Sequence record: PZ445410.1
DNA: 51,474 bases
Origin: a phage
Direction: 5' to 3' (one strand)
The notes below the pieces were generated by a model. That model was given only the letters and a program-made list of their open reading frames with translations. It ran no database searches and had not been told where the DNA came from. Numbering within the stretch: the first letter of the stretch is position 1; the number at the start of each line of letters is the position of its first letter. The translations under genes were made by a program, and so were the position numbers. This document shows, in pieces, positions 36,667-46,257 of this stretch.

Positions 36667-38706
36667 ATGATTCCAAACATTGAAAAGCAAATATCAACAC
36701 TTGGTGAAACGGTAATTAAATCCATTCAGGAGCGATTCACTGTTGGCGAGATTGTGCCTTACCATTACCAGTGCGTTGCATACGCTGAGATCGCAAAGCG
36801 TATGAAAAATTATGAGCATCCATTCTTTGTTAAAGCGTCCGTATCGGCTGGCAAAACATTGATGTTTGCAATGGTTGCTCACCAGTGCCGGAAAATGGGC
36901 TTGAAAATGATGGTCCTTGCTCGCCAGGCTGAGATTGTGGATCAGGATTCTGAAGAGATAACAAATCTTGGTGTGCCGAACTCCATCTATTGTGCAGGAC
37001 TGAAGACAAAAAGCGCATACTTTCCGATCGTTGTTGGTTCTGAGGGAACTGTAGTTAATGGACTGTTTAAAGCGCTTGGCGACTATGTTCCGCACGTTAT
37101 CGGGATTGACGAGTGTCACCAGGTGGATTGGGAAGACCTTGCCGACGCAATAGAGAAAGACGAATCATTTTTACAAATGACAACGAAGAAAGGCGAAAAA
37201 GTACCAAATCCAGATTATGACATAACGAGCGATAACGAATGCGAAGAGTTCCTGATTGGTGAGGATGGCTTGCCAATGGAGGGAACAGGCCGCACACAAT
37301 ACACTGTCATTATCATGGAAATGATGCGCCGCTGCCGGAAAACATATGGTCATGAACTGCGCATATTTGGCATGACTGGATCGGAGTTTCGCGGCGTAGT
37401 CCCGATCCTGGTAGAAGACAAAAAACAGAAAGGATTCTGGCGTGAACAGGTTACTAATATTGACACCAACTACCTGATCAAATTCGGTTCTGTTGTGCCA
37501 ACAAATTTTGGCGACGTTGGCGATCTAGGGTATGACCTTTCAGAGTTTGAGGCATCCAGTGAGGATGGAGTTGCAGACTTTGACGCTAAAACGCTTCGCA
37601 GGATGGAACAAAAAATTCATGAAGAAGCGACCATGACAAAGCGCATCATGGCGAAAGTTCACGAGATCTGTAAAAACCGCAACGGCGTACTTGTGACATG
37701 TGCAGGAGAAAGGCATTGCAAAGAGGCAGCGGCAGCGTTGCCACCTGGAACTACTTACAGGATCATTACTGGTAAGACTGGCGACAATCAGCGCAAGGAG
37801 TGGTTGAGGGAAGCATACGAAGGGAAGGTAAAATACATCTTCCAGGTTCAGGCGCTAACTACTGGCGTTAACGTGCCGTTTTGGGATACGTCTGTTATTC
37901 TGCGTAAGATTGGATCGCTAACTTTGCTGATTCAGCTTTTAGGACGCGGAATGCGACTTCTTAAGAAATGGCATAAGGAACAAGGCTTCAAGAAAGATGA
38001 TCACCTGGTTATGGATTTTTCAGGAACGATGGACGAGTTAGGTGAGCTTTATTTTGATCCGATACTGGAACAGGCGCAACATCAGAAGCGATTCAGGAAC
38101 GGTAAAGATCCGAAGCCTTGTCCTGTTTGCGGAACTCTTAATAGCTATTATGCTCGTCGTTGTATGCACGTAGACGAAAACGGCAACAGATGCGAGTGGT
38201 TCTTTAAATTCAGGACATGTGATGATCAGATTGACCCGCGCACTAAAAAGATTATTCAGCGCGGTTGTGGAACGAAAAATGATATTGCGGCCAGGGTATG
38301 CAGACATTGCGACATGTCATTGATTGACCCTAACGAGAAGTTAAGCGGAAAGCACTACACAAAAAACGACTGGTTTCAGGTGCAATCTTTCTCGGTTGAC
38401 ATGACGAAAAACCAGAAAGGGATAATATTTAATTATGAGCTTTCCGATGGCATAGATACTTTCAGGGCGAGAGAGATATTTTTCCCTGAATCTGAGAGCC
38501 AAATTTGCCGCGCAAAATGGCGAAGCGTTGCTCTTAAGCACATACCAGATCGCCGTGTTGCTGGCATGGTGGCGAGCTATCGTAATGCACGAAAAATAAT
38601 GCAATATGTTAATCACATTATGCCGCCATCGCGTGTTACTCACAGAAAGACTAGCAATGGCGAAGATAATTTATACAAGAAGGACTTTAATTATGGCAAT
38701 GACTGA
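36667..38706 (+). CDS. superfamily 2 DEAD/DEAH-type helicase with zinc ribbon
   Basis: Walker A SAGKT, DECH box, C-terminal CPVCG...C...C; start chosen at ATG with AAAGG RBS. Confidence 0.7.
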   Translation: MIPNIEKQISTLGETVIKSIQERFTVGEIVPYHYQCVAYAEIAKRMKNYEHPFFVKASVSAGKTLMFAMVAHQCRKMGLKMMVLARQAEIVDQDSEEITNLGVPNSIYCAGLKTKSAYFPIVVGSEGTVVNGLFKALGDYVPHVIGIDECHQVDWEDLADAIEKDESFLQMTTKKGEKVPNPDYDITSDNECEEFLIGEDGLPMEGTGRTQYTVIIMEMMRRCRKTYGHELRIFGMTGSEFRGVVPILVEDKKQKGFWREQVTNIDTNYLIKFGSVVPTNFGDVGDLGYDLSEFEASSEDGVADFDAKTLRRMEQKIHEEATMTKRIMAKVHEICKNRNGVLVTCAGERHCKEAAAALPPGTTYRIITGKTGDNQRKEWLREAYEGKVKYIFQVQALTTGVNVPFWDTSVILRKIGSLTLLIQLLGRGMRLLKKWHKEQGFKKDDHLVMDFSGTMDELGELYFDPILEQAQHQKRFRNGKDPKPCPVCGTLNSYYARRCMHVDENGNRCEWFFKFRTCDDQIDPRTKKIIQRGCGTKNDIAARVCRHCDMSLIDPNEKLSGKHYTKNDWFQVQSFSVDMTKNQKGIIFNYELSDGIDTFRAREIFFPESESQICRAKWRSVALKHIPDRRVAGMVASYRNARKIMQYVNHIMPPSRVTHRKTSNGEDNLYKKDFNYGND

Positions 38707-39112
38707 TAAAGGCGATTATCTTGAGTTTTACGAAAGAGATCCGACGGATACGCTAAAAGAGGAATCACACCAGATTGGGGCGTTTCAATGGTTAACTTAT
38801 GCTCATCCTGAATTGCTGGCATGGCATACGAAAAACGAGGGCGACAAGGGAATCGCCACAGCAATGATGGATCAGCAAGCTGGACTTGTTAAGGGAGTAA
38901 GTGATTTTATCATCCTGATTGGATTAAAAGGCCGTTACCCGTTCGCGGCAATAGAGATGAAGCGCGTCAATAAGTCCGGCAAGGGGAAGGCTTCACCAGT
39001 CAGCAAGGAGCAAAAAGCCTTCTTGCGCCGCGTGCGTGAGCTTGGCGGATTCGCTGCCGTAACATACGGATATAAGCAATTCATGATCGCGGTAGAATAC
39101 ATGATGAAATAG
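38693..39112 (+). CDS. VRR-NUC domain nuclease (putative)
   Basis: PD-(D/E)XK-like VSDFIIL...AAIEMKR; SKEQKAFL...G pattern; overlaps helicase stop. Confidence 0.5.
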   Translation: MAMTDKGDYLEFYERDPTDTLKEESHQIGAFQWLTYAHPELLAWHTKNEGDKGIATAMMDQQAGLVKGVSDFIILIGLKGRYPFAAIEMKRVNKSGKGKASPVSKEQKAFLRRVRELGGFAAVTYGYKQFMIAVEYMMK

Positions 39113-39152
39113 CACTTTTTGTTAAAACAGGCGCGAAGGATTGCGCCATAAT
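39110..39152 (+). promoter_or_regulatory. TAGCAC-box promoter-like cassette (CATAAT at 39147-39152)
   Basis: TAG is the upstream stop; GGCGC..GCGCC inverted repeat in spacer. Confidence 0.5.
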
Positions 39153-39186
39153 AACACAAGTTCAACAAGCAACAGGTAATTAAGAA

Positions 39187-39888
39187 ATGAGTAAAGAAAC
39201 TGAAGTGACATTTGAACAAATAGAACGAGAAACATTCATTGGCAATGCTCTTGCTACTGGAGGCCATTACCAGGCTGTTAAACCAAATCAATATTTCAAA
39301 GTGACTGGCAACCGCTATAACGGCAGCAATACGCCTGACATTGTGCGCGATTTGTGGTCTACGCCGTATGAACTTGTCGCATGGATGGAAAGCGAATACG
39401 GTGATTATGACATCGACGCGGCGGCAAGCAAAGAAAATGCTGTATGTGAAAAATTCTACAGCAAGGAAACAAATTGCTTAAAGCGTTGGTGGGGTAGTAA
39501 CAAGCATATATGGCTGAATCCGCCGTACAGCAATATAACGCCTTTCGTTAAGAAAGCGATTGAGCAAATGGAGCACAATAACCAGATCGACATTCTGTTA
39601 CCTTGCGACACATCAACAGGATGGTTTTATGAAGCGCAGCAGCGCGCAGCGGAAATCATCTGGATCACTGGCGAAGTTTACCAGGAGGACGGAACAGAAT
39701 ATTCCCGCACAGGACGCCTTGCGTTTACCTCTGCTCTTACAGGTAAACCAGTACAGGGAAACAACAAAGGAAGCGTTATTTTCATCATGCGCGAACTTAA
39801 AGAAGGTGAGCAGCAGAAAACTCGATACGTTAAAATCAGCGACATTTGCCCTTCGGTGGCAGACCGTCGCGCACGGAAACGGAGCTAA
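39187..39888 (+). CDS. dam: DNA N6-adenine methyltransferase (Dam-like)
   Basis: NPPY catalytic motif in WLNPPYSNITPF; 233 aa. Confidence 0.7.
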   Translation: MSKETEVTFEQIERETFIGNALATGGHYQAVKPNQYFKVTGNRYNGSNTPDIVRDLWSTPYELVAWMESEYGDYDIDAAASKENAVCEKFYSKETNCLKRWWGSNKHIWLNPPYSNITPFVKKAIEQMEHNNQIDILLPCDTSTGWFYEAQQRAAEIIWITGEVYQEDGTEYSRTGRLAFTSALTGKPVQGNNKGSVIFIMRELKEGEQQKTRYVKISDICPSVADRRARKRS

Positions 39889-39892
39889 AACA

Positions 39893-40153
39893 ATGCAGAA
39901 AGAAAGAAGAGTTGTACTTAATGAAGATGGCGAATTTCTTTTGTATCGCGCTATGGTATGCGATGCACTTGATAAAAACCCTAACGTGAAAAAGATGATT
40001 GATTGCGATCCGTGGGAATTTTCAAGCGCATTAGATATGAGCTTTGAGGAGACAAAAAAACTCCCACTTGAAAAATGGCACGAACAAATCAGAAATGACA
40101 TGCAAGAATTTGTCGATTCGTGGAATTTTCAGAACGGAATGATCCACCAATAG
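39893..40153 (+). CDS. hypothetical protein (86 aa)
   Basis: GGAG RBS then ATG; track ORF 39560..40153 extends this frame back over the methylase and is rejected. Confidence 0.45.
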   Translation: MQKERRVVLNEDGEFLLYRAMVCDALDKNPNVKKMIDCDPWEFSSALDMSFEETKKLPLEKWHEQIRNDMQEFVDSWNFQNGMIHQ

Positions 40154-40193
40154 CACTTTTTGTTAAAACGCCCGACCTTGTGTCGGGCATAAT
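40151..40193 (+). promoter_or_regulatory. TAGCAC-box promoter-like cassette (CATAAT at 40188-40193)
   Basis: TAG is the upstream stop; GCCCGAC..GTCGGGC inverted repeat in spacer. Confidence 0.5.
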
Positions 40194-40225
40194 TATTTCA
40201 TCAAAACGAACAAGAGGAAAACAAA

Positions 40226-40405
40226 ATGGTTGTTTACGATCCACGCGCTTTTAAAATTGCTCAAGAAGTTTCACGCGAATCTGTTGCTGGCGGTTCGGTT
40301 AACGGATATCAGTTTGATTGGTCGGCAGCAATGACCCTGCTTAAGGTTGCATATGGTCACGCGCCAATTGAAACAGCGGAGGAATATTATAAGCATGAAG
40401 GTTGA
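40226..40405 (+). CDS. small hypothetical protein (59 aa), not in ORF track
   Basis: AGAGGAAAACAAA RBS. Confidence 0.4.
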   Translation: MVVYDPRAFKIAQEVSRESVAGGSVNGYQFDWSAAMTLLKVAYGHAPIETAEEYYKHEG

Positions 40406-40637
40406 ACAAGGTAGGCAGGCCGTATGGGATCACGCAAAGGAGTGCGGGATCTCTGAAGACATAGCCATGATAGCAAAATATTTTGATATTGCTGACATAA
40501 GCATTATCAGCGGCGACAAAATGACATTTCTCAATGAACGACCGCGCAAGATGCATCGCGTACCAGCAATACCAACAAAGATTGATTTCAAAGAGGCTAT
40601 GGCGAAAATTCGCGAGCCGCGCAAATACTACAAATGA
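40395..40637 (+). CDS. hypothetical protein (80 aa)
   Basis: GGAGG RBS before internal ATG of track ORF. Confidence 0.45.
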   Translation: MKVEQGRQAVWDHAKECGISEDIAMIAKYFDIADISIISGDKMTFLNERPRKMHRVPAIPTKIDFKEAMAKIREPRKYYK

Positions 40638-40732
40638 GGATTATTATCATGTGGCGTTTGTTACTTTTGCCCTTACCTGTTATGATGGCGATCTCTATTG
40701 TATACGTTGTCATAATGAGATAAGGAGAATTT

Positions 40733-41851
40733 TTGATGAAGCAAATCAAAATCACAGATGAACAATTTATCAATGAGCGCAAGCAGGGAAAGACATATAA
40801 GCAGATCGCTAATGAGTATGGCATGAACGTTCGCAGCATTGAGCGCCGCGCGGCACGATTAGCAAAGCAAGGTAAAGTTACAACCATCGGATCGCCTGGT
40901 TTTGGTGTTACTGGAGAATCAAAGCTAATTGATAAAGATGGCAATGTGGTTATGACATGGATTAAGACAAGTAAGGACCGCGAACAGCTAGAAGCATTAA
41001 TGCAGGCCGCTATTGATGCATTTAGCGAAGAAGTCCCTCGACTTGATCCGCAGCCAGAATCACAAAAGGATTATAGCGAGACGTTATCACTGTATCCGAT
41101 CTTTGATATGCACTTGGGCGCAATGGCGCATAAGCATGAATGCGGCGAGAACTGGGATACAGCAACAGCAGAGCGCGTAATGAATAATTTCATTGATTAT
41201 TCCATCCAGTGCGCGCCGGATAGCGAAAATGCTGTTTTGCTGATTGGTGGTGACATGCTGCATAGTGACGGCCTGGAAGCGGTGACACCTGCAAGCGGTC
41301 ACGTATTGGATCAAGATAGTCGATACGCAAAACTTGTTTATGTTGCCATCCGGTCAGTGCGTAGAGCAATTACAAAGCTGTTATCAAAACACAAAAACGT
41401 CGAGATTCAGATCATTGAAGGCAACCACGACCAAAGCGGCATGATCTGGTTGCGCGCAGCAATGGCGGCAGCATATGAGAATGAGCCACGAGTGCATGTT
41501 GATGTGTCTCCGCGAGTAGTTCATCACACACAATATGGCAAAACATTCCTGGCATACCATCACGGGCACACTATCCGCAAGCCTGAAACATTGCTCATGA
41601 TGTGCGCAGCAGACTGGCGCGAAGACTTCGGCAATTCAAAAATGATGTATGCTCACGTAGGGCATTGGCATCATCAAACAGTAACCGAAACAAGCCTGGG
41701 AATTGTTGAAGTGCATAGCACTATGGCGGCAAAAGATGCATATGCGGCGCGCGGTGGATGGCGTTCTCGCCGCCGTGCGGCTGTTATTGTTTATGATAAA
41801 GAATACGGAGAAGTGGGGCGATTTATGCATTATCCAGAAATTGCTGGTTGA
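40733..41851 (+). CDS. HTH domain fused to calcineurin-like metallophosphoesterase
   Basis: N-terminal HTH KTYKQIANEYGMNVRSIERR; phosphoesterase motifs DMH, GGDMLHSDG, EGNHD, HHGH. Confidence 0.55.
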   Translation: MMKQIKITDEQFINERKQGKTYKQIANEYGMNVRSIERRAARLAKQGKVTTIGSPGFGVTGESKLIDKDGNVVMTWIKTSKDREQLEALMQAAIDAFSEEVPRLDPQPESQKDYSETLSLYPIFDMHLGAMAHKHECGENWDTATAERVMNNFIDYSIQCAPDSENAVLLIGGDMLHSDGLEAVTPASGHVLDQDSRYAKLVYVAIRSVRRAITKLLSKHKNVEIQIIEGNHDQSGMIWLRAAMAAAYENEPRVHVDVSPRVVHHTQYGKTFLAYHHGHTIRKPETLLMMCAADWREDFGNSKMMYAHVGHWHHQTVTETSLGIVEVHSTMAAKDAYAARGGWRSRRRAAVIVYDKEYGEVGRFMHYPEIAG

Positions 41852-41894
41852 ACTTTTAATCATTAAAATATAAATATAAATCATCAATTTAATT

Positions 41895-41925
41895 GGGCGT
41901 GGCATTTTGCTTCGCCCTTTTTTTA
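41895..41925 (+). terminator. intrinsic terminator
   Basis: GGGCG...CGCCC then T8. Confidence 0.5.
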
Positions 41926-41997
41926 TTCCTTTTTGTGCGTTCAATGGTTAGGATACAAACAATTAATTGTTGACTTTTATATACAGGAGATCTAATC

Positions 41998-42213
41998 ATG
42001 AAAGATTTTTTAAACGCTGCAACTTCCGGCACTGGCGGCGCGTCAATCACTGGCGCGGTAACTGGTCAAACAACTATTGCAATAGCCAGCTTCGTTTTGA
42101 TGGCTGCATTTGGTATGTGGGGCGCTTATCTTCGCTGGCGTGATAGTAAGGCGCTACGTGACGCGCTTGAATGCGGTGATATTAAGAAAGCTATTGAGAT
42201 CAGAGGGAAATAA
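41998..42213 (+). CDS. holin (probable pinholin)
   Basis: 71 aa, hydrophobic TMD, charged C-terminus, immediately upstream of SAR endolysin. Confidence 0.6.
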   Translation: MKDFLNAATSGTGGASITGAVTGQTTIAIASFVLMAAFGMWGAYLRWRDSKALRDALECGDIKKAIEIRGK

Positions 42214-42701
42214 TGAGTATAAAACAAAGAGTGACCGCTGCGGCTTTTGGCGTTGCTCTTGCCCTTACTTCTCCGCTACTGGAGGAAATAGAAGGAGTAA
42301 AACATAAGCCGTACAAAGATATTGCTGGGATATGGACGGTTTGCGCCGGAATAACTGGACCTGACGTAATACAAGGCAAAACGTACACACAAAGAGAGTG
42401 CGATGCACTACTGGCAAAGCATATCAAGATCGCAAAGGATGAAGTTGATAAGCGTGTAAAGGTTGACATTCCTGATACAATGCGCGCAGCAATGTATTCA
42501 TTCACATACAATGCTGGAACTGGAGCTTTTAGAAATTCAACCATGCTTAAGCTGATTAATAACGGTCGTTATATGGAAGCGTGCAATCAGTTATGGCGAT
42601 GGACAAAATACACCAATCCAAAAACAGGAAAGAAAGAAACGTCTAAAGGACTGCGCAACCGCCGCGCGGTGGAATTTAAATATTGCATTAAGGATCTGTA
42701 A
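42213..42701 (+). CDS. SAR endolysin (T4-type lysozyme fold)
   Basis: N-terminal Gly/Ala-rich SAR-like segment then [23 protein letters not shown], close to P21 R-type catalytic region as I recall it. Confidence 0.75.
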   Translation: MSIKQRVTAAAFGVALALTSPLLEEIEGVKHKPYKDIAGIWTVCAGITGPDVIQGKTYTQRECDALLAKHIKIAKDEVDKRVKVDIPDTMRAAMYSFTYNAGTGAFRNSTMLKLINNGRYMEACNQLWRWTKYTNPKTGKKETSKGLRNRRAVEFKYCIKDL

Positions 42702-42703
42702 TC

Positions 42704-43102
42704 ATGAGAAAGTTATCAGCAATCGCGATCGCTGTTATTTTGTCTGGATGTTCAAGCGTTACGCCACTGACCGGATTAATCGGTAGTAAGCCGGAAATCA
42801 CAGCACAGGCAGGAGCGGAGAACGTAAAGCAGACCGTTGGCGTTACCGCAAAGCAGGACACCAGCACAAAACAGGAAACTACAATAAAGGAATCTGCGGT
42901 TGATAAGGTGGACACTTCCAGCAAGAAGGATTTCACTACGTCAACCATTCAGGCTAACACCATCAAGGCTGATAAAATCCAGGTTGTGCAGGGTGAGCAA
43001 AGTAAGTGGTACGATCCTATAATCTATTGCGCTGCAATTTTCAGTGGTCTTTTGTCAATGCTTTACTTTTCCTACCGCAAAGGCAACAAAAAGGAGGCTT
43101 AA
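42704..43102 (+). CDS. unimolecular spanin (T1 gp11-type)
   Basis: Lipoprotein signal with lipobox LSGC plus C-terminal TMD; 132 aa; last gene of lysis cassette. Confidence 0.7.
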   Translation: MRKLSAIAIAVILSGCSSVTPLTGLIGSKPEITAQAGAENVKQTVGVTAKQDTSTKQETTIKESAVDKVDTSSKKDFTTSTIQANTIKADKIQVVQGEQSKWYDPIIYCAAIFSGLLSMLYFSYRKGNKKEA

Positions 43103-43117
43103 CGCCTCCTTTGTTTT
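43093..43117. terminator. bidirectional terminator-like hairpin
   Basis: GGAGGC-TTAAC-GCCTCC then TTTGTTTT. Confidence 0.5.
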
Positions 43118-43352
43118 ATAGTGAATCCATCAAATCTTGAAAGCTGTTTCCGCTATAATCATTCTCGACAAGAATGTAAGCACCTTTCTTCTTTATATCC
43201 CATAGCATTTCATTGTATTCGTAACGATTTATTTCAAACGTGCTGCCATCTTCTCTTGTCGCAGTTCCTTTGTCGTTGAAAACATCAAAAGTTACATTGA
43301 TGATTTTTGTCTCTTTCTTTGTTACTTTGATAGCCATTTTTAAAATCCTCAT
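43116..43352 (-). CDS. hypothetical protein (78 aa)
   Basis: ORF downstream of minus-strand promoter-like cassette. Confidence 0.5.
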   Translation of the reverse strand: MRILKMAIKVTKKETKIINVTFDVFNDKGTATREDGSTFEINRYEYNEMLWDIKKKGAYILVENDYSGNSFQDLMDSL

Positions 43353-43370
43353 ATTCGTTCCGATGAAACA

Positions 43371-43413
43371 AATATACCCGATACGAGATCGGGAGTTTTA
43401 ACAAAAAGTGCTA
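43371..43413 (-). promoter_or_regulatory. TAGCAC-box promoter-like cassette (TATATT)
   Basis: Exact motif on minus strand; its TAG is the stop of ORF 43411..43605. Confidence 0.5.
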
Positions 43414-43605
43414 TTCAATACGCTTTACAGTAACCAACAAAACGCCGTCCTCATCACACAAATTATGCTCTGATATATCAAACGCTCGCATGTCAGAATG
43501 AATGAGCGTTAACATTGCGTGCATGAAGTCGTCATGTGAGATTGAACTTACGGCGCAGAACTTCAATATTTTGTCTATTAGCATTTGACGTAAACAATTC
43601 TTCAT
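43411..43605 (-). CDS. hypothetical protein (start uncertain)
   Basis: Track ORF; overlaps the next ORF by 74 nt so the true start may be internal. Confidence 0.35.
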   Translation of the reverse strand: MKNCLRQMLIDKILKFCAVSSISHDDFMHAMLTLIHSDMRAFDISEHNLCDEDGVLLVTVKRIE

Positions 43606-43924
43606 CGCTCATTTCTCCGATCCTTAAAACATCCCTTACCCATTCGTTTTGCATACCTTCCAGGCTGTAAAGTTCAAACGAGAAAGGGCGATTTGCTGAT
43701 CCTTTCTTACACCAGAACTTTCCACCAACTCCATCAAGATAACCAGCGGTCATCATTCTTGCGCAAAACTCTTTTGAAACGGCGGTTGCAAACATTCTCG
43801 GCGTAAATCCTGCGGCCCTTGCGAGCCGCTCACATTCTCTATGCTGAAATATAAATTTTGCGATATGTTGACGTGTAAACCATTCGAATGACTCACACCA
43901 GCGATACAGATCCAGAAGAAACAT
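43532..43924 (-). CDS. hypothetical protein (130 aa)
   Basis: ORF coupled to upstream ATPase gene. Confidence 0.5.
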   Translation of the reverse strand: MFLLDLYRWCESFEWFTRQHIAKFIFQHRECERLARAAGFTPRMFATAVSKEFCARMMTAGYLDGVGGKFWCKKGSANRPFSFELYSLEGMQNEWVRDVLRIGEMSDEELFTSNANRQNIEVLRRKFNLT

Positions 43925-43926
43925 AA

Positions 43927-45510
43927 TTACCCCAGCAATGTTGGATTTACGAAAACAACGCCATTAATCACACAAATATAATTTCTTTCCTCAAGCATCG
44001 GAAGCAGTTGCGTTTCCATGCGCTTCATTACGCCAGCCTGACCAACAAACGGCTTAACTTTTCGTGCAGCCTCATATATGGCGCGAACATTCAAGATTCC
44101 CTTATTAGCCTTTCCGTGTCGAGTGATGATCTCGATTAGTTTACCCATTTCAGCATCATCACCAGCGTAGCCAGAAGCGTTGGCGGCGCTAATGTATGTT
44201 TTGCTCAACTCGCTAAACATCAACAATGCTTCCTGAACGGTTTCAACCTCAATTTCTTTCGACTTCTGAGGGTATCCACCAGGATTAAACCAGTTGCGGA
44301 TAGTGTGCAAAACTGAAGCAATCCTGATCACCTGCTTATCCATTTTGCCAAGCGCGCCGCGCAGCATTGTATGCGAATACTTTCCGCCATCGGCAAGGTG
44401 CGGTTCCATCTCCTGACGAGCCATGTTAAGAACTCGCATTGCTGATTTGCTGATCTTAAGCTGGATGTTTGATTCGCTCATTATGTTATGGATCAGCTTG
44501 AAATATTGGCTTTTCAGTTCCCCGTCAACAGGTTCATAAGTAGAATCACCGTTATCATCAACAAACTTTCTACGGCCTAAAAATGATTCCTCACGCACAA
44601 GCAAATAACGCTCACTTACACCGATACCGCGCGATCCTGCATCCATGATGGCATTGATTGTTTCATCCTGGGCAATTACCGCCATACAGCCAAGAGCTTT
44701 AAAACTCATATTGTTGTCAGCGTTTGCACGAGCTATAGAAACATGACCATGATCCCAGGCTTTTAATACAAGTTCGCTGTTGGTTTTACGTTCGCTATTG
44801 GCATATGTCAGACCTAAAAGGCTGTTAATACTCGTTGCCTCGTCTGAAATTACAGCAAAGTTTCCCTGGCGGTTGTTGATTCTTGCAAGTCCTTCCGGCG
44901 TGGTGTCGGAGACAGGGAAAACAATGTCACACATCTTTTCCAGTTTTTCTTCCAGATCTTCTTTCTCCTGGTATAGCGATTCCATATCAGCGCCGGAACG
45001 CTCGCTTTTCATCTCTTTTGCAAGACCTGCCAACTTTGCCTGAATCTTTTTTCTTTCCTTCTTTCGCTGATCGTTAATTCTTTCCACTTCTGCAACCATT
45101 GGAGCAAGTGCCAGGCTGTTAACGGCAGACTTACCAGTTGAAGGAGGCTGGCTTGTAACAACGTACAGAGCGGTTGGTTGATCCGTTCCGTGATACTCAA
45201 CCGTGAAGCGTCCAAGCATTGCAGCAGACACGCAGCCGATAAAATGCATATATGCCGATGATTCAGGGAATTGAACAGATCGAGCAATGTTGCGCGCCAA
45301 CTTTCCAACAACATCAACATCATTGCCAAGAGAAATTATAGGGTAGCGATCGTTTCCGTTATTAACATCATTAACCTCACCCCAAAAGCTGGACGATTGA
45401 CGGTATCCGTTTGCCTGAATGGACACGCGCACCGGAGACAATCCTTGTGCATCAGCTAATTCGATAATTTGTTTTGGTGTTAGTTTATTGGTTTCAAACG
45501 AAAAATTCAT
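43927..45510 (-). CDS. P-loop ATPase, putative replication protein
   Basis: Walker A PPSTGKS, Walker B FAVISDEA; 527 aa; AGGAG RBS. Confidence 0.55.
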   Translation of the reverse strand: MNFSFETNKLTPKQIIELADAQGLSPVRVSIQANGYRQSSSFWGEVNDVNNGNDRYPIISLGNDVDVVGKLARNIARSVQFPESSAYMHFIGCVSAAMLGRFTVEYHGTDQPTALYVVTSQPPSTGKSAVNSLALAPMVAEVERINDQRKKERKKIQAKLAGLAKEMKSERSGADMESLYQEKEDLEEKLEKMCDIVFPVSDTTPEGLARINNRQGNFAVISDEATSINSLLGLTYANSERKTNSELVLKAWDHGHVSIARANADNNMSFKALGCMAVIAQDETINAIMDAGSRGIGVSERYLLVREESFLGRRKFVDDNGDSTYEPVDGELKSQYFKLIHNIMSESNIQLKISKSAMRVLNMARQEMEPHLADGGKYSHTMLRGALGKMDKQVIRIASVLHTIRNWFNPGGYPQKSKEIEVETVQEALLMFSELSKTYISAANASGYAGDDAEMGKLIEIITRHGKANKGILNVRAIYEAARKVKPFVGQAGVMKRMETQLLPMLEERNYICVINGVVFVNPTLLG

Positions 45511-45538
45511 TAATGATAACTCCTTTTTTGATGCGGCA

Positions 45539-45581
45539 ATAATACCGCACCAATGCTACCCGCATTTAACAAAAAATGCTA
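45539..45581 (-). promoter_or_regulatory. TAGCAC-box variant (TAGCATTTTTTGTTAAATG) with TATTAT
   Basis: TAG is the stop of ORF 45579..45800. Confidence 0.45.
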
Positions 45582-45800
45582 TTTGATCCGCTCTATGCTA
45601 ACTAAGATTTTTTCTGGTTCCCTTGCGCTATAGCAATTCGCGGTTACGGAATCAGCAAAATCAAAATAAAGTGATTTGTGGTAAGAAAGACCAATCAGCC
45701 ATCCAACCATCGTTTTCTTTATTGGCCTGACTATATCGCCAGGCTTGAAGGTTTTTGTTGCTGAATGAGTCACCTTATAGCGATATTCAGCCTTGATCAC
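45579..45800 (-). CDS. hypothetical protein (73 aa)
   Basis: ORF. Confidence 0.5.
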   Translation of the reverse strand: MIKAEYRYKVTHSATKTFKPGDIVRPIKKTMVGWLIGLSYHKSLYFDFADSVTANCYSAREPEKILVSIERIK

Positions 45801-46183
45801 TTATACATAGCCTCAAACAAATGACATCCACCAGCGGAAAAGCCTACTTCTTCGCGGTATAGCGTCCAGCGGTCGCCAGCTTCATCAAACACATAACCAG
45901 CAACAGCGCCAAGCGCGCGGCCTTGCTCAATCTGGTAGCGCTTTCCTTCTTTGAAATGCTTTTTGCACGGGATCTTGTGATCTACAAAGGTGCATTTAAT
46001 TGTTTTTGTCTTGATATGACGATAGTCAGACTCAACAGCGTTTTGCCACTTGCTACCCTTTGTAATGCTCTTTACCTGGAATTGTTCCAATTCGATCACA
46101 TCATCGCTACCAGCAATTTTTTCGTATACAGCTATATAACGACCGTTCATCAAAACATTGGTTTTATTGCAGATAACTTTCAT
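45797..46183 (-). CDS. hypothetical protein (128 aa)
   Basis: AGGAGAAATAAA RBS. Confidence 0.55.
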   Translation of the reverse strand: MKVICNKTNVLMNGRYIAVYEKIAGSDDVIELEQFQVKSITKGSKWQNAVESDYRHIKTKTIKCTFVDHKIPCKKHFKEGKRYQIEQGRALGAVAGYVFDEAGDRWTLYREEVGFSAGGCHLFEAMYK

Positions 46184-46214
46184 CGTTTATTTCTCCTTTC
46201 GTTCCGGTGAAGTG

Positions 46215-46257
46215 ATTATGCCAGGCTTTTACACCTGGCTTTTAACAAAAAGTGCTA
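46215..46257 (-). promoter_or_regulatory. TAGCAC-box promoter-like cassette (CATAAT)
   Basis: TAG is the stop of the methyltransferase-like gene; CCAGG..CCTGG inverted repeat in spacer. Confidence 0.5.

Noticed and set aside
39560-40153. 197-aa track ORF overlapping the Dam methylase gene
   Set aside because: Its first two thirds overlap the methylase in another frame; only the part from the ATG at 39893 (with GGAG RBS) was kept.
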